This document shows positions 1 through 12,618 of a stretch of 64,000 bases of DNA, piece by piece. The DNA is from Octopus bimaculoides. Its lineage: Eukaryota. Position 1 is the first letter of the stretch; each line of letters starts with the position of its first letter. Position numbers and translations under genes: made by a program. The notes under the pieces were generated by a model. It was given only the letters and a program-made list of their open reading frames with translations, was not told where the DNA came from and made no database searches. The stretch spans positions 100,223,194 to 100,287,193 of the forward strand of contig NC_068984.1 of the NCBI RefSeq assembly GCF_001194135.2, read 5' to 3'.

Positions 1-34
1 TTTTTTTCTCCAAAGTAAAAGAAGTTACAATAAA

Positions 35-372
35 GGCCTCAGGCATGGCTGTGTGGTTAGAAGCTTGCTTCCCAACCACATGGTTCTGGGTTCAGTCCCA
101 CTGCATAACACCTTGGGTAAGTATCTTCTACCATAGCCTTGTGAGTGGGTTTGGTAAACAGAAACTGAAAGAAGCCTATTGTATATATATATGCGTGTGT
201 GTCTGTGTTTGTCCCCCACTGCTGCTTGACAACTGGTAATGGTTTGTTTACATCCCCATAACTTAGCATAAAGAGACTGATAGGGCAAGTATCAGTGTTT
301 CAGAAACAAGTACTGGGGTTTTCAAGGTAGTGCCCAAGCAGTCTAATGTCTCAAACACTACAGAGGACAAAA
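35..372 (+). mobile_element. tRNA-derived SINE, family B (GGCATGGCTGTGTGG head)
   Basis: A-box-like TGGCTGTGTGGT and B-box-like GGTTCAGTCCC; internal (TA/TG)n; homologous to 436-727, 33631-33947 and 43441-43820. Confidence 0.75.
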
Positions 373-435
373 GAAAAAGAATGGGAAGAGAGAAAAGGCA
401 CCATTTCTTACCATACCAAGAAAAACAGGTTTTCG

Positions 436-727
436 ACAAGTGTCTTCTATAACCCCAGCTTTGTGATTGGATTTGGTAAATGGGTACTGAAAGAAGCTTG
501 TAGTACGTGTGTGTGTGTGTGAGTGTGTGTGTGTGTGAGCCTCCACCACTTGACAACTGGTGTGGGATTGTTTTGTCTCCATAAATTAGAGGTTCAGTAA
601 AAGAGTTTGATAGAGTATGTACTAAGCTTTAAAAAGAAATAACTACTAGGAACAATTTGTTTAACTAAACTCTTCAAGGTGGTGCCCCAGCATGGCAGCA
701 GTCCAATAACTGAAACAAATAAAAGAT
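436..727 (+). mobile_element. 5'-truncated SINE family B copy
   Basis: Shares gtgtcttcta...gatttggta...ctgaaagaagc, cttgacaactgg and ggtgccccagcatggc...ctgaaacaa blocks with 35-372. Confidence 0.65.
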
Positions 728-1816
728 TTAAAGATACATACAATCATAAGGTAAAAGACAAAGAGAATATGTTGGAATAATTTTAATATATCATTTTGTG
801 TTGTGTACACATGAGAATATAGTGAACCATTTGTGACTAGAGAGATAAATGATCTGTTGTTGTTGGTGGTGGCGGGGAGGTAATGATATCAAGAGGAGTT
901 TAGGTAAATATTGCAGGAGCAGTGGTCGAAGTACACAAAGAGTAATGGTGGTTGGTACACAGAAGCAGTAGCTATTGATATTAAACTGTTGTATTATCTA
1001 TTTACTGTACAACAACTGTGTTCCTTCATCAGTCTTCTCTCTCTGGAAACATAATTATGTTACACATGCAATACATATATATATATACATGGATATATGT
1101 ATGTATAATTATATATGTATACTCAATAATGTATATACAAAAAGGGTTGGCACCTTACATACATTATATATATTACATACTTAGATATATACATACCCAT
1201 ACACACACATATATACACATACATACAGATATGTATACACACACTATATACATATATTTTTTTACAAATTAAAAAATTTACAGTTAACAACCTGTTATTT
1301 TTAAATATATTCTCTTTCTTTTGTACAAATGTAAGAAATTATCCACAGCAATCTCCTGTACATACATATGCACTCATCTATACACACACATATATATATT
1401 ATATATATACACACACACATATTCATATATCAGTTGACTAATGTATAAAGTCCATTTCCTTTGTCATCAGACAACATAAAACTAAGAGCCTCTTTATGTT
1501 GCATATCCTACCTGGTGCGATGCCTGTATGCCCCTGTATGTGTACATCAATTGGTAACAAACCATTAATGAACATCTGATCAGACCACCATCAGTACTTG
1601 ACTGGTACTTTATTTTATTAACCCTGCAAGGATGACTGGCAAAGTCAAACTAGGCAAGATTTCAACTTAGATTGCAAGAGATTGTAACTATGTATCTTAT
1701 GGAATTTTGTCTAACAGCCTACCAATTCTCTTTGTCCTTCCTCTTCATGTTCCTTTCAAATTATGTAATATTTGTAAAGTAACCCACTTTAACCCTTACA
1801 TCCTGTTTAGTTCTTT

Positions 1817-2241
1817 AGCATTTTAACTGGCCAGATCTGACCAACATAATATACTTGGTTTATCTCCAAACTGGTCAGATTCAGCCTCTAGCGCTTATCC
1901 AGCGGTGAGCTGGCAGAAACGTTAGCATGCTGGGCGAAATGCTTAGCGGAATTTCGTCTGTCTTTATGTTCTGAGTTCAAATTCTACCAAGATCAACTTT
2001 GTCTTTCATCCTTTTGAGGTCAATAAATTAAGTACCAGTTGTGCACTGGAGTCGATCTAATCGACTGGCCCCTTCCCTAAAAATTTTGGGCCTTGTGCCT
2101 AGAGTAGAAAAGAATATTATTCTAAAAATAAACAGTCACATCATTGAAATCTTAGTTACAAGGTAATGCATAACTAATTCATATGAATGTGAATAAATAA
2201 GCATTACATTTGACAGAGAAGTCTGAATGCTAAAGGATTAA
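1817..2241. mobile_element. TTAA/CCCTTTAGCATT MITE interrupted by a SINE
   Basis: Ends ctttagcatt...aatgctaaaggattaa; internal sequence is the reverse complement of 10108-10338; split by the SINE at about 1901-2117. Confidence 0.6.
1901..2117 (+). mobile_element. tRNA-derived SINE, family A (GGTGAGCTGGCAGAA head), young copy
   Basis: ggtgagctggcagaaacgttagc...ctgagttcaaattc (B box)...taagtaccag...ggccttgtgcctagagtagaaaag; CpGs partly retained; dozens of homologues in the window. Confidence 0.75.
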
Positions 2242-2689
2242 TAAATGAACTGAGCTCTGTCTCGGTAGACAACGACCAGCTTTCAGTATAAACCTCTGCA
2301 AAGGTTCTATTGTTATTTATCACAAAAGTAAGATCCGAGATGTGATACACGGCCAACTTATGCAACAGGAAGTTTGCGGAGCCAGAGGAGTTCTATGTAG
2401 TTGTTTAGTTTTGTTAGCAATAACAGCAAAATTTCCAAACCACACCTTACTGTCTTGGAAGAAATTCGTAGATGGATAATGTGGTCATGGATACATTATG
2501 CCAAGTCTACATAAGTAGATGGAATTGACACAGCTGAAATGCCTTGGATTATGAGTTCTGCACATTTAAAGTTGACTTGGAGCTAAACAACAACAGAAAA
2601 CTGTACAACAGTTAATGCTATGAACATCAGAGGTGGATAGCTGCAACAAGAGACTGCCACAAGTCCTTGAAAGGAAATAATAATAATGA

Positions 2690-3430
2690 TAATTTTCTAA
2701 TTTTGGCACAAGGCCATTGATTTTAGGTACAGTGGATTAGTCGATTACATTGATCCCTCTACTTGACTTTATGAATGCCAGAAGGATGAAAGACAAGGTT
2801 TCACTTCAGTAGAATTTTATCCCATATGTAAAGAGCTGAAAGAAAAATTGCAAAGCATTTTGTCTAATCTACTAAAGATTCCACCAACTTGCAGCCTTGA
2901 TAATAAAGATAATAACAATTCTTTCTGCTATAGGTTCAAGGCCTGAAATTTTGGGTGAGAGAGTAAGTCAGTTACATTGACCCTAGTGTTCAGCTGATAT
3001 TTATTTTATCAACTCTGGAAGGATGAAAGGCAAAGTTAACCATGCCAGAATTTGAATGCAAAGATGGATGAAATGTCACTAAGCATTTTGTTCAGTGTGT
3101 TAATGATTCTGCCAGTCAATTAAACCAACCCCTGTATTTGGTATTTTATTCTTATCAAACCTGGAAAACTGTCTTCAGTAAAATTTGAACTCAGAACTTA
3201 AAGGGTTATAACTAAATAATACAAAGCTCCACCATGAACAATTTTACCATGATTTCTAATAGGTACAAAGCCACCAATTTAGATGGTTTCTCAATACTTC
3301 ACCAGTACTTATTTTATCAAACCAACAAGGATGAAAAGACAAAATCAAGCCTGGTGAGAATTTAATTTCCAATACGAAGAAGGGGCATAACTAAATACTG
3401 CAGGCCATTTTGTTCGCTGTACTACTACTA
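2690..3430 (-). mobile_element. Cluster of degenerate family A SINE copies
   Basis: Repeated ggcacaaggcc / ggatgaaaggcaaagt / tttgaactcagaa / aagcatttt motifs separated by AAT-rich linkers. Confidence 0.6.
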
Positions 3431-3770
3431 ATTCTCCTCATCAACCACTCTCAAAAATAATTATTAATTCTAACATTACCACAAAGCCGCACTCATTGAA
3501 GAAGAGGATTAGAGTGAATTAAACCGACATAGGTACATAACTGATATTTTAGAGATTCTGAGAAATTGAAAGGTAAGTTAGACTGTGGTGGCATTTGGAA
3601 TTTTGCAACTAAATACAACAAGGAATTTTGCTCTACTGATTTTATCAATAAACCTTACTAATGATAATGATAATAGTCATGATGATGGTGGTGGTGGTGG
3701 TGGTGGTAGTGAAGATGTCAAAAAGCAGGAGAAATTCTACAGAATCTGCCATAGAGTTTTCTTGTATTTC

Positions 3771-3801
<31 letters not shown>

Positions 3802-6800
3802 TACTAATATGGAATTTGTTAAATTTCTGTATGAAACATACATTACCACATTAATTTGATAATACATAAGTACTACTAAACAAGGGAACTCCATTACAGA
3901 AGGGTCAACAAAATCTTTCTTAAATAATGCTCTACATTATTAAAAAGGGAAAACTAAGGATGTACTGAATAAGATAGTCCAAGATGAGATGCTCAACAGA
4001 AGTTGACTCAACAGCTACTTAGACTAAGCACAATGTCTTAGATATTGTAGTCCTAGGCACACTGTTTGAAGAAAGGTGCTAAGGTCATAGATCAAACAGC
4101 TTTATCTGATCCATGTGAAACTATTTGATCATAACTGACCTGGGGCTCAACCAACAACCTGCCTCACCTGACTTTGTAACAGAAGTAATGCCATTCTCAT
4201 GGAAACTCTACCAATGCAGTTATCATCATGAAGAACAGAAACTGTTATGTTATTTTATCTTGGAAATCATGGTTAGTCATGTAGGATTTTTTTCCGTGTC
4301 AAAAAGATATGGCAGGAATTTTGAGTTGCCAAATCTAAAAAAAGGAATTCTAACAAAAGTATAAGACCACACATTTTGATGGAAAGATCAATTGATTTTA
4401 TGATAATGAGGTTGTGAGTTCTGTTGCTGAACTGGATAGTGCATTGTGTTGTTGAGCAAGGTAGTTCATTTCATATTGCCGCAGGATACTCAGCTGTAAA
4501 TGACTACCAATCTAGTGCTGATGCAGACCTCTCTGTCCTTCCAGCTGTCACATTTTGGATATTTTACTGGGTTGAGTGTGAGAGAACTGAGAAGGAACCT
4601 GCATTTGCTCACATCTACAAAGATACCAGAAATAATTAGTGAATTAGTACATATTGCTTTCTACTATGGGCATAAAAGCCTGAAACTTAGTGGGAGGGGC
4701 TAGTCAATAACATCAACTCCAGTGCTTGACTGGTTCTTATTTTATGGACCCCCAAGAGGATGAAAGGCAAAACTGACCTCAGTGGAACTTGAACTCAGAA
4801 TGTAAAGATATATGAAATGCTGCTTAGCATTTTGGCCAGTGTGTTTACAATTCTACCAGCTCATTGCCTTGAAAGCAAAGTACATACTACCAAGCGATAT
4901 TGTCAGTGATGGCTATGCAGAACAATATTACCTAAGAAAAGACAATTATTTTATTGTCTTTTCTCATGTAACTCTTCTGACCTACCAAAAGGATGAAGGA
5001 CAAAGTAAAAATCGGTGGAATTTTGAAGTTGGATCATAAGCAAGTATACAAGCAAATACTGAAGTGCATGTTATCTATTGCTCAACCAATTCTACCATCC
5101 AAACATGTTATTGTAGTAGTAGTTGTAAATCAAGAATAGGAAGCCCCTCACTCATGGCTACAATTGTACCTGCATTTAAATTTTATGCTAACCTCTAACA
5201 AAGTTTCTGAACATTCAAATAATAGAAAACAGTTTAAATACTGAGACAAAAGCAGTGCTTTAATATGTTACATATCTGGATTTGTAAAATGAAAAATTTG
5301 TTATTTTTCTCAGCTCCAATAGATCATTAAAAGTTGCTTCACTCCTGTTGTAAATGAACAAATTACATTAACTTTAGAATGTAGTAACAATGCAAAGAAA
5401 TCACTGTATCAGCCAAACTACTGGATGTTATACACAACTGGCTACAATGTACTTTTTTGCAATGTTGTAGCTTTCAAATGATGGTATTTTGCAGGGAAAA
5501 AAGAGATGGTCTTGGTTGCAAGTTTCCTTCAGAAATCGTGGTGATAAAAAGAAACTGAGCCCTAAATATTGTTACAAATCCAGCTTTAAATCCAAGTAAT
5601 ATAATAACAAAATGTTCTTTAAAAACAAAAAGCATATCTATAAGCAGCTGTAGTGTGCAAGACTGTACTGGTGCAGATATGTGATGCATATGAAGGATGA
5701 CGATTAGGTGTACCACAACATGTGCCAGACAATCTGTAGTTCACAGAAGAAGAAAATCAACAGAGATGTGGCAAGAAGTGATCATAGGATGCTGAACTTT
5801 ATAGAAATGAAGGTGACAGTAAATAATGATGATATCTGCTATACAAGGTGTACCGAAAGGCAGACATCATTAAATTTCTATTATTTCAAATCACATCTTT
5901 TCAAAGTTCAATGGTACTTGGCACTTGGTTTATTATTTGTATATATATGTGTGTGTGTGTATGTGTGTAAGCATATACACATACATACACACAAGTATTT
6001 TGAATATTATAGAAGTGCTGCCTTTCAGTGTAAAAAAAAAAAGAAGCTTAATAATCAACATTTCAAAAGAGAGCTAGTATTTGGTCACTTAACATTTCTT
6101 TGGTTCAGTGCTCTCCTAGTCAAAAATCACCATCACCAATATCAGAGAACTATTAATTTTTAGAGATGGACATGTACTGTACTATCAAAAGTTCAATTCT
6201 CTACAGAGTTTCCCTTTCTCCTTAGATATGATTTTTATCTTGTGTAAGTACCAGTTAAATACTAAGGTTGGCTTGATAATGATGGTCTCAGGATGTGGTT
6301 TCGAAAGTGCACAGTGGCAAGATACAGGGTAACTGAATGTGCTGTCACAGGAAGGCAAAAATCACAACTTTTTATAGTGGTACTATTAAAAAGTAGTCAA
6401 TCCTTCATACTTATTACCTTAAAATGATGCACCAAGAGGAGTAGAGGGCATATAAATACATAGACACACATATACACACACACACACAGACACACGCATG
6501 CACATCAAGCAATAAAGACCAACTCAAATGCCATTATATTTTGGTTAAAGCTCATATTTTCTAAAAAAAAAAAAAAAAGTGAAATATAAGAAGAATCAGT
6601 TGTTTTTTGGGAGCCTTTGATGGGTTACGGTGAGTACAGATGTAATTGTTGGCACCTTGGATGACGAGACTAATATAGCTTCACCTTGCATCGTGCTTTT
6701 TCTTTGTTGACATGTGAGAAATATTAAGTCAGAGTTATCATGAATTATTCTTGGTTTATCCAACAGGATATATAAAATACAAAAGAATAAAAACAAAAAT

Positions 6801-6807
6801 TATAACA

Positions 6808-6907
6808 TATATATATATATATATGCATGCATATATGTATATATATTCATGTATATATGTGTATGTGTATATATATATATATATGCATGTATGTGTATAT
6901 ATATTAC

Positions 6908-6943
<36 letters not shown>

Positions 6944-7118
6944 TTATGTGTATGTATGTATTTATATATATATTTTTTTGTTTTTATATGTATATTTTAT
7001 ATATATACATATATATATGTATGTGTGTGTGTATTTATATATATATTTATATATATACACATGTATTTGTATTTATATATGTACATATATACATGTATTT
7101 TTTTTTATATGTATATTT

Positions 7119-7151
<33 letters not shown>

Positions 7152-7258
7152 ATTTATATATATATATATATATACACATGTATTTGTATTTATATATGTA
7201 CATATATACATGTATTTGTATATGTATTTTTATATATATGTATATGTGTATGTATATC
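6808..7258. repeat. Compound (TA)n/(TG)n microsatellite with an internal duplication of about 50 nt
   Basis: Direct reading; the block tatatacacatgtatttgtatttatatatgtacatatatacatgtattt occurs twice. Confidence 0.95.
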
Positions 7259-8101
7259 AGTGTGGAGTGAAAATCAATACAATTCAAACAAAAATACCCT
7301 GCAGTATTCATATCCAACCGAGTGATATCTCCGCTTACGCAAATGTTGACTTCACATTTTGTATCATATAAGAAAGATGAAATTTGTACCAGATAAAGTA
7401 CTGAGGTCGATATATTTGACTAAAACACATGAAGGCAGTGCCCAGCATGGCTGCAGTCCAATGACTGAAATCAGTGAAAGAAGAATAAAAAAGAAAAGAA
7501 AAGAGAAAAAAGCCTTTTTAATTACAGTAAAAATTTTTTTCACAAATTACTTATTTTCTCAGTGACAATGTCGGTCATTATGCTGTAAATTGGGGATTTC
7601 ATTAGAGAAAGAGACATTCTCAATAATTAGACACTAATTAATGAATGGCGTAAGTAATGTGAAGGTTGGAATTCAAAGATGATGAAAGTTCTTTAAGACA
7701 ATTTACAGGTATCATGAGAAGAAATGGAAAAATTTTCCATTTCAAAATGCAAAACTGAATTTTCATCACATTTCATCTTATGGAAGGAGAGAATAAAGGA
7801 AAAAAAAAAAAAAAGAAAAAAGCTGGTACAATTTTTTTGTTTTTTGTTTTGTTTTGAAAGCAGTATCTGCATAAGAAATTTAAGAACAATAAGTGAGAGT
7901 GGTTGTTGATGATAAATAATTTATGAGAAGATAGAAATCTTTTGCAAATTGTGACATTACAAACAGTAAAGAAGGAATTAAATGCTTGTTAAATTTCTAG
8001 AAATAAATTAATGAAGTTGACAGAATCTGCTACTACCCCTGACTTAATAAAGCAGTACACCCACTTGAAGCATTTTAAAAAAAAAATATGATGAAGTTAG
8101 A

Positions 8102-8660
8102 NNNNNNNNNNNNNNNNNNNNNNNNNNNNNNNNNNNNNNNNNNNNNNNNNNNNNNNNNNNNNNNNNNNNNNNNNNNNNNNNNNNNNNNNNNNNNNNNNNN
8201 NNNNNNNNNNNNNNNNNNNNNNNNNNNNNNNNNNNNNNNNNNNNNNNNNNNNNNNNNNNNNNNNNNNNNNNNNNNNNNNNNNNNNNNNNNNNNNNNNNNN
8301 NNNNNNNNNNNNNNNNNNNNNNNNNNNNNNNNNNNNNNNNNNNNNNNNNNNNNNNNNNNNNNNNNNNNNNNNNNNNNNNNNNNNNNNNNNNNNNNNNNNN
8401 NNNNNNNNNNNNNNNNNNNNNNNNNNNNNNNNNNNNNNNNNNNNNNNNNNNNNNNNNNNNNNNNNNNNNNNNNNNNNNNNNNNNNNNNNNNNNNNNNNNN
8501 NNNNNNNNNNNNNNNNNNNNNNNNNNNNNNNNNNNNNNNNNNNNNNNNNNNNNNNNNNNNNNNNNNNNNNNNNNNNNNNNNNNNNNNNNNNNNNNNNNNN
8601 NNNNNNNNNNNNNNNNNNNNNNNNNNNNNNNNNNNNNNNNNNNNNNNNNNNNNNNNNNNA
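8102..8660. other. Assembly gap (N run)
   Basis: Run of n. Confidence 1.
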
Positions 8661-8739
8661 AGAACTGAACTTAGAACATAAAGCAATGAAGAATGGATTT
8701 TATCTGCTGTTTTACTGTTTCTGCAATCCACCCACTAAT

Positions 8740-10095
8740 TTAGGCACAAGGCCAACAATTTTAAAGGGAAGGGGAGAGGAGCCTAGCAGATACCACTGAC
8801 CCCAGAACTAAATTGGTATTTTATTTGATTAATCCTGGAGGGATGAAAAGCAAAGGAGACTTTGGTGGGATTAGAACTCAGAATATCAAGAACATTCTGT
8901 TCAATGCTCTAACAATTCCACTATCTAGCTGTTCTAATAATAGTAATAATAATGATGATGATAATAATAATAATAATAATAATAATCTTTTCTACTTTAG
9001 GCACAAGGCCTAAATCTTTTTGTGGGGATAGATTAGTTGATTACATCAGCCCCCAGTAATTATCTGGTACTTATTTCATTGACCCTGAAAGGGAAAAGGC
9101 AAAGTCAACCTCGGCAATATTTGAACTCAGAAAGGTGGTGAGCTGGCAGAATCGTTAGCACACCAGGCAAAACACTCAGTGGTATTTTGTCCATCTTTGT
9201 TCTAAGTTCAAATTCCACTGAGGTCGGCTTTGCCTTTCATCCCCTTCTGGGTTGATAAAATAAGTACCAGTTGAGCACTGGGGTCGATGTAAACAATTTT
9301 CCCCCATCTCGAAATTGCTGGCCTTGTGCCAAAATGTGAAACCAATATTTGAACTCAGAACATTAAAGATGGATGAAATGCTGCTAAGCATTTTGTCTAG
9401 TATGTTAACAATTCTGCCAGCTTGCCATCTTAACAACAATAATAGTAATAATAAGGGATTCAAATTTTGGCACAAAGCCAGCTGGCTTGGGGGAGGAGCT
9501 AAGTTGATTACATCAACTTCAGTGTTCAACTGATACTTATTTTATCAACCCTGAAAGGATGAAAGGCAAAGTTGACTTTGATAAAATCTGATTCAGAACA
9601 AAGATGGATGAAATACTGTTAAGCATTTTGTCTGGTGTACTAACGATTCTACCAGCTCACCACAGTAATAATACTAATAATGAAAATTGTTTCAAATTAT
9701 TGCACAAGACCAGTAATTTAATAGGTGGGTGGGTGTTAGTCCATTACCATTGACCTCAATATTTGGCTAGTACTTTATCATATTGCCCCCAACAGGATGA
9801 AAGGCAAAGTTGACCTTGATGCAATTAATCTCAGAATGTACACAACAAAATATAAGCAAGGCATTATGTCCCACACTAACGATTCTGCCAATCCACCACC
9901 CTAATAATAATCCTTTCTATTAAAGGCTCAAGGCCTGAAATTTTGGGGGCTGGGAGTTGTCGATTACATTGGTCCCAGTGCTTGACTGCTATTTTTATCA
10001 ACCATGAAAGGACAAAAGGTAAAGTCACTCTTAGCAGAATTCTTGAACTCAGAATGTAAAAATGGACAAACTGCTGCTAAGCACAATGCCTTAAT
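8740..10095 (-). mobile_element. Head-to-tail array of about 5 family A SINE copies
   Basis: Five successive cacaag(g/a/c)c...ggatgaaa(g/a)gcaaag...gaactcagaa...ttctgcca units, mostly preceded by (AAT)n. Confidence 0.7.
9133..9343 (+). mobile_element. Family A SINE inserted antisense into another family A copy, with an 18-bp target-site duplication
   Basis: caatatttgaactcagaa at 9115-9132 and again at 9343-9360 flanks a full-length plus-strand copy. Confidence 0.8.
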
Positions 10096-10103
10096 AATAA
10101 TGA

Positions 10104-10342
10104 TTAACCCTTTAGCATTCAGATTATTGTATCAAGTGCAATATTTATTCATTCACCTATTTTTAATTAATCCTGCATTATCTCATAGCTCTGAGATTTC
10201 AAGGATGCGACTGTTGTTTTTTTTTTTCTTTTTTAGAATAACATTGTAGGGTAGATGTGAGAGACCAGATACGGTCTATTTGAACACAAAACAAGCAGTA
10301 TATTTGGGCTGAATATGGCTAGTTTAAATGCTAAAGAGTTAA
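10104..10342. mobile_element. Non-autonomous piggyBac-like MITE
   Basis: TTAA|ccctttagcatt ... aatgctaaagag|TTAA: terminal inverted repeats with TTAA on both sides; other copies at 1817-2241, about 29625-29850 and 47767-47969. Confidence 0.65.
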
Positions 10343-10419
10343 GGAGTAATAATAATATTCCTAAAAGAACTCCAGTGGTATTTTGGTGTTATTGAAATAA
10401 ACATTGTAATTGTTTCATA

Positions 10420-10790
10420 TCAAAGCCTTGTAGTTTTTGCATTAAAGCCTTGCTTTTTAACACATTCATAATTTTATGTCAAAGCCCTATTAACAAATGA
10501 AGGTTTATGTTAAAGCCCTATCATTTAACACATACAGGTCAAAGCTCTTATTTAAAACATTTTTAAATTCAAGCCCTATAATTTTACTCATCTGTAGTTT
10601 CGGGACAATGCCCTATTTTTCAACACATGAGCTAGTCAATAATTTAACATAACTGTTAGTTAAAACCTTGAAATTTAACACATCTGGGGGTTTAGATCAA
10701 AGCTCCACTGTTTAACATATCTTTAAGTTTAGATCACAGCACTATTAACACATCTGTAGTTTCATGGTAAAGATCTGTTGCTATTTTAGC
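10420..10790. repeat. Degenerate minisatellite, about 12 units of 24-38 nt
   Basis: Recurrent aaagccct...tttaacacat...gtc/gtt units. Confidence 0.6.
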
Positions 10791-12288
10791 AGTTTTAACA
10801 AAAGGAAAGTGATAGGTTTGTCAGAACTGAATACCATGGAATGAATAATAACAATGTTCAGTTGAGGTTTTGCTCATAACTTAATAATCAACAGTAACAC
10901 ATGGTAACAATTAATAACTTCAAGTTAGTGTCATCAACACTAACAAACAGCTATTTATAAAGCAATTTATTATTAATAATAATTGTTTCAAGTTTTGCCA
11001 CAAGGCCAACAATTTCGAGGATAGCGTACATCAATTACATAAACCCCAATGCTCAACTTGTACTTATTTTATCAACCCCAAAAGGATGAAAGGTAAAGTT
11101 GACCTTGACGGAATTTGAACTCAGAATGTGAAGATGAACAAAATGCCACTAAGCATTTTGAGTGGCATCCTAACAACTCTGCGAGTTCAATAATAATAGT
11201 AATAATAATAATAATAGTGATAATAATAATTTCTAACAGAAACACAAGGCTACATCCAGCAGGAAGAAACAATTCACTAATGATAAAAATATAATGATAA
11301 TCTTCTGAGATGTGAATGGAGGGGATTAGTTATTTAAATTGATCCCAGTGCTTGACTGGTACTATAATGAACTCTGGAAGAATAAAAGTTAGACAACAAC
11401 CAGATTTAAACTTAGAATGGGAAGAACCAGAACAATACTGCATTTTTTATTCTATTATACCTTCTGGTAATTATCTTAAAAAGGATGAAAAATAACATTG
11501 ATGTTGGTGAGATTTGAACTCAGAACATGACATGTCAGAACTAAATACTACAAAGCATTTCATCCAATTGTTATCAAAAGTAATCTTGTGCCTTGATCAG
11601 AAATCTGTATAACTAATTCTTCAACAGAAGGTTGTAACAGAAACATTTCTTAAACAAGAGTGTCTACAAATATAGACTCATTAACAAACATTTAAGTGAG
11701 CAGGGAATAGAAACAGATTTACATGCAAGTTGGTTCTAACGTAGTTGACCTTAGGTGTTAAGAGTCAAGGACAAAATGCCATGCAGTATTAGTTCTGGCT
11801 TTCACAGTTCAAATCCCACTCAGGTTAACTTTGTCTCAGATAATTTTGGAGTTAATAAAATAAAGTCCCAGTTCAGAGCAGTGGACTGGGAAAACAGTTA
11901 GAACATCAGATGAAATGCTTGTCCCAGGAGTTTATCAATATGAATTACTTAAGAGGGAGATCATATCCCTTCATCCAGTTTAACACCAGCACCTGATCTT
12001 TTAGTAAAGTTCACTGTTGTAAGTATTGAAATCAGATCTCTGGTTTCACTATAATTTTCTCTCTGAAACACATCAATGTCAGAGGCATAGAAAAATAAAG
12101 GGCCATGCCCCTTATTCTGTGACTAAATGGTAAAAAAATAAATCTGGTCAGAATGCAACACAATATGTTTAATAATTTACCCATAACAGAATAAGAACAA
12201 TCATGTGTTGGTGAAGAAGGATCAGTAAGGTTCACAATAAGGGTATGTAAGTCGTGTTTGAAAGGGTTGATCAATATAAGTTAATATC

Positions 12289-12618
12289 TAGGACCTCCTT
12301 TGGTCAAGAATGACTATGGGATTGCACCTAGAAAGTTTCCCTCTGAGGAACAAGTCTGGGCAAGGTTGTTTTGTGGAAGACTAGCAGTCACCCATGCATA
12401 ACAGTCTCCCCTCTCCACACCACCAATGTTGTCCAAGGGAAAGGCCAATACAGCTTAACACCAGTGATGCTGCAATTCATATTTACAGCCGAGAGAACTG
12501 GAGTATCATGAAATAAAGTGTCTTGCTCAAGAACACAACACAGCCTGGTTCAGAATTCAAACTCAAAACCTCACAATTGTAAACCACAAACTCTAACCGC
12601 TGAGCTATGCAACTTCAC
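12289..12618 (-). mobile_element. tRNA-derived SINE, family C
   Basis: Minus-strand head with A box TAGCTCAGCGGTTAG and B-box-like GAGTTTGAATTC, followed by gtgttcttgagcaagacactttatttc. Confidence 0.7.

Noticed and set aside
5474-6163. ORFs of 80 and 151 aa
   Set aside because: No recognisable domain or consistent splice sites; partly microsatellite; possibly decayed transposon sequence
6751-7371. ORFs of 147-206 aa
   Set aside because: Translations of a (TA/TG)n microsatellite (Y/I/V/C/M repeats), not genes
8075-8731. Long ORFs spanning X residues
   Set aside because: Artefact of the N gap
10420-10790. CRISPR-like repeat/spacer impression
   Set aside because: Units are degenerate along their whole length, there are no cas genes, and the context is eukaryotic
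12560-12618. tRNA-like A/B boxes here and at other SINE heads
   Set aside because: They do not form complete cloverleaves and continue into SINE bodies, so they are not tRNA genes
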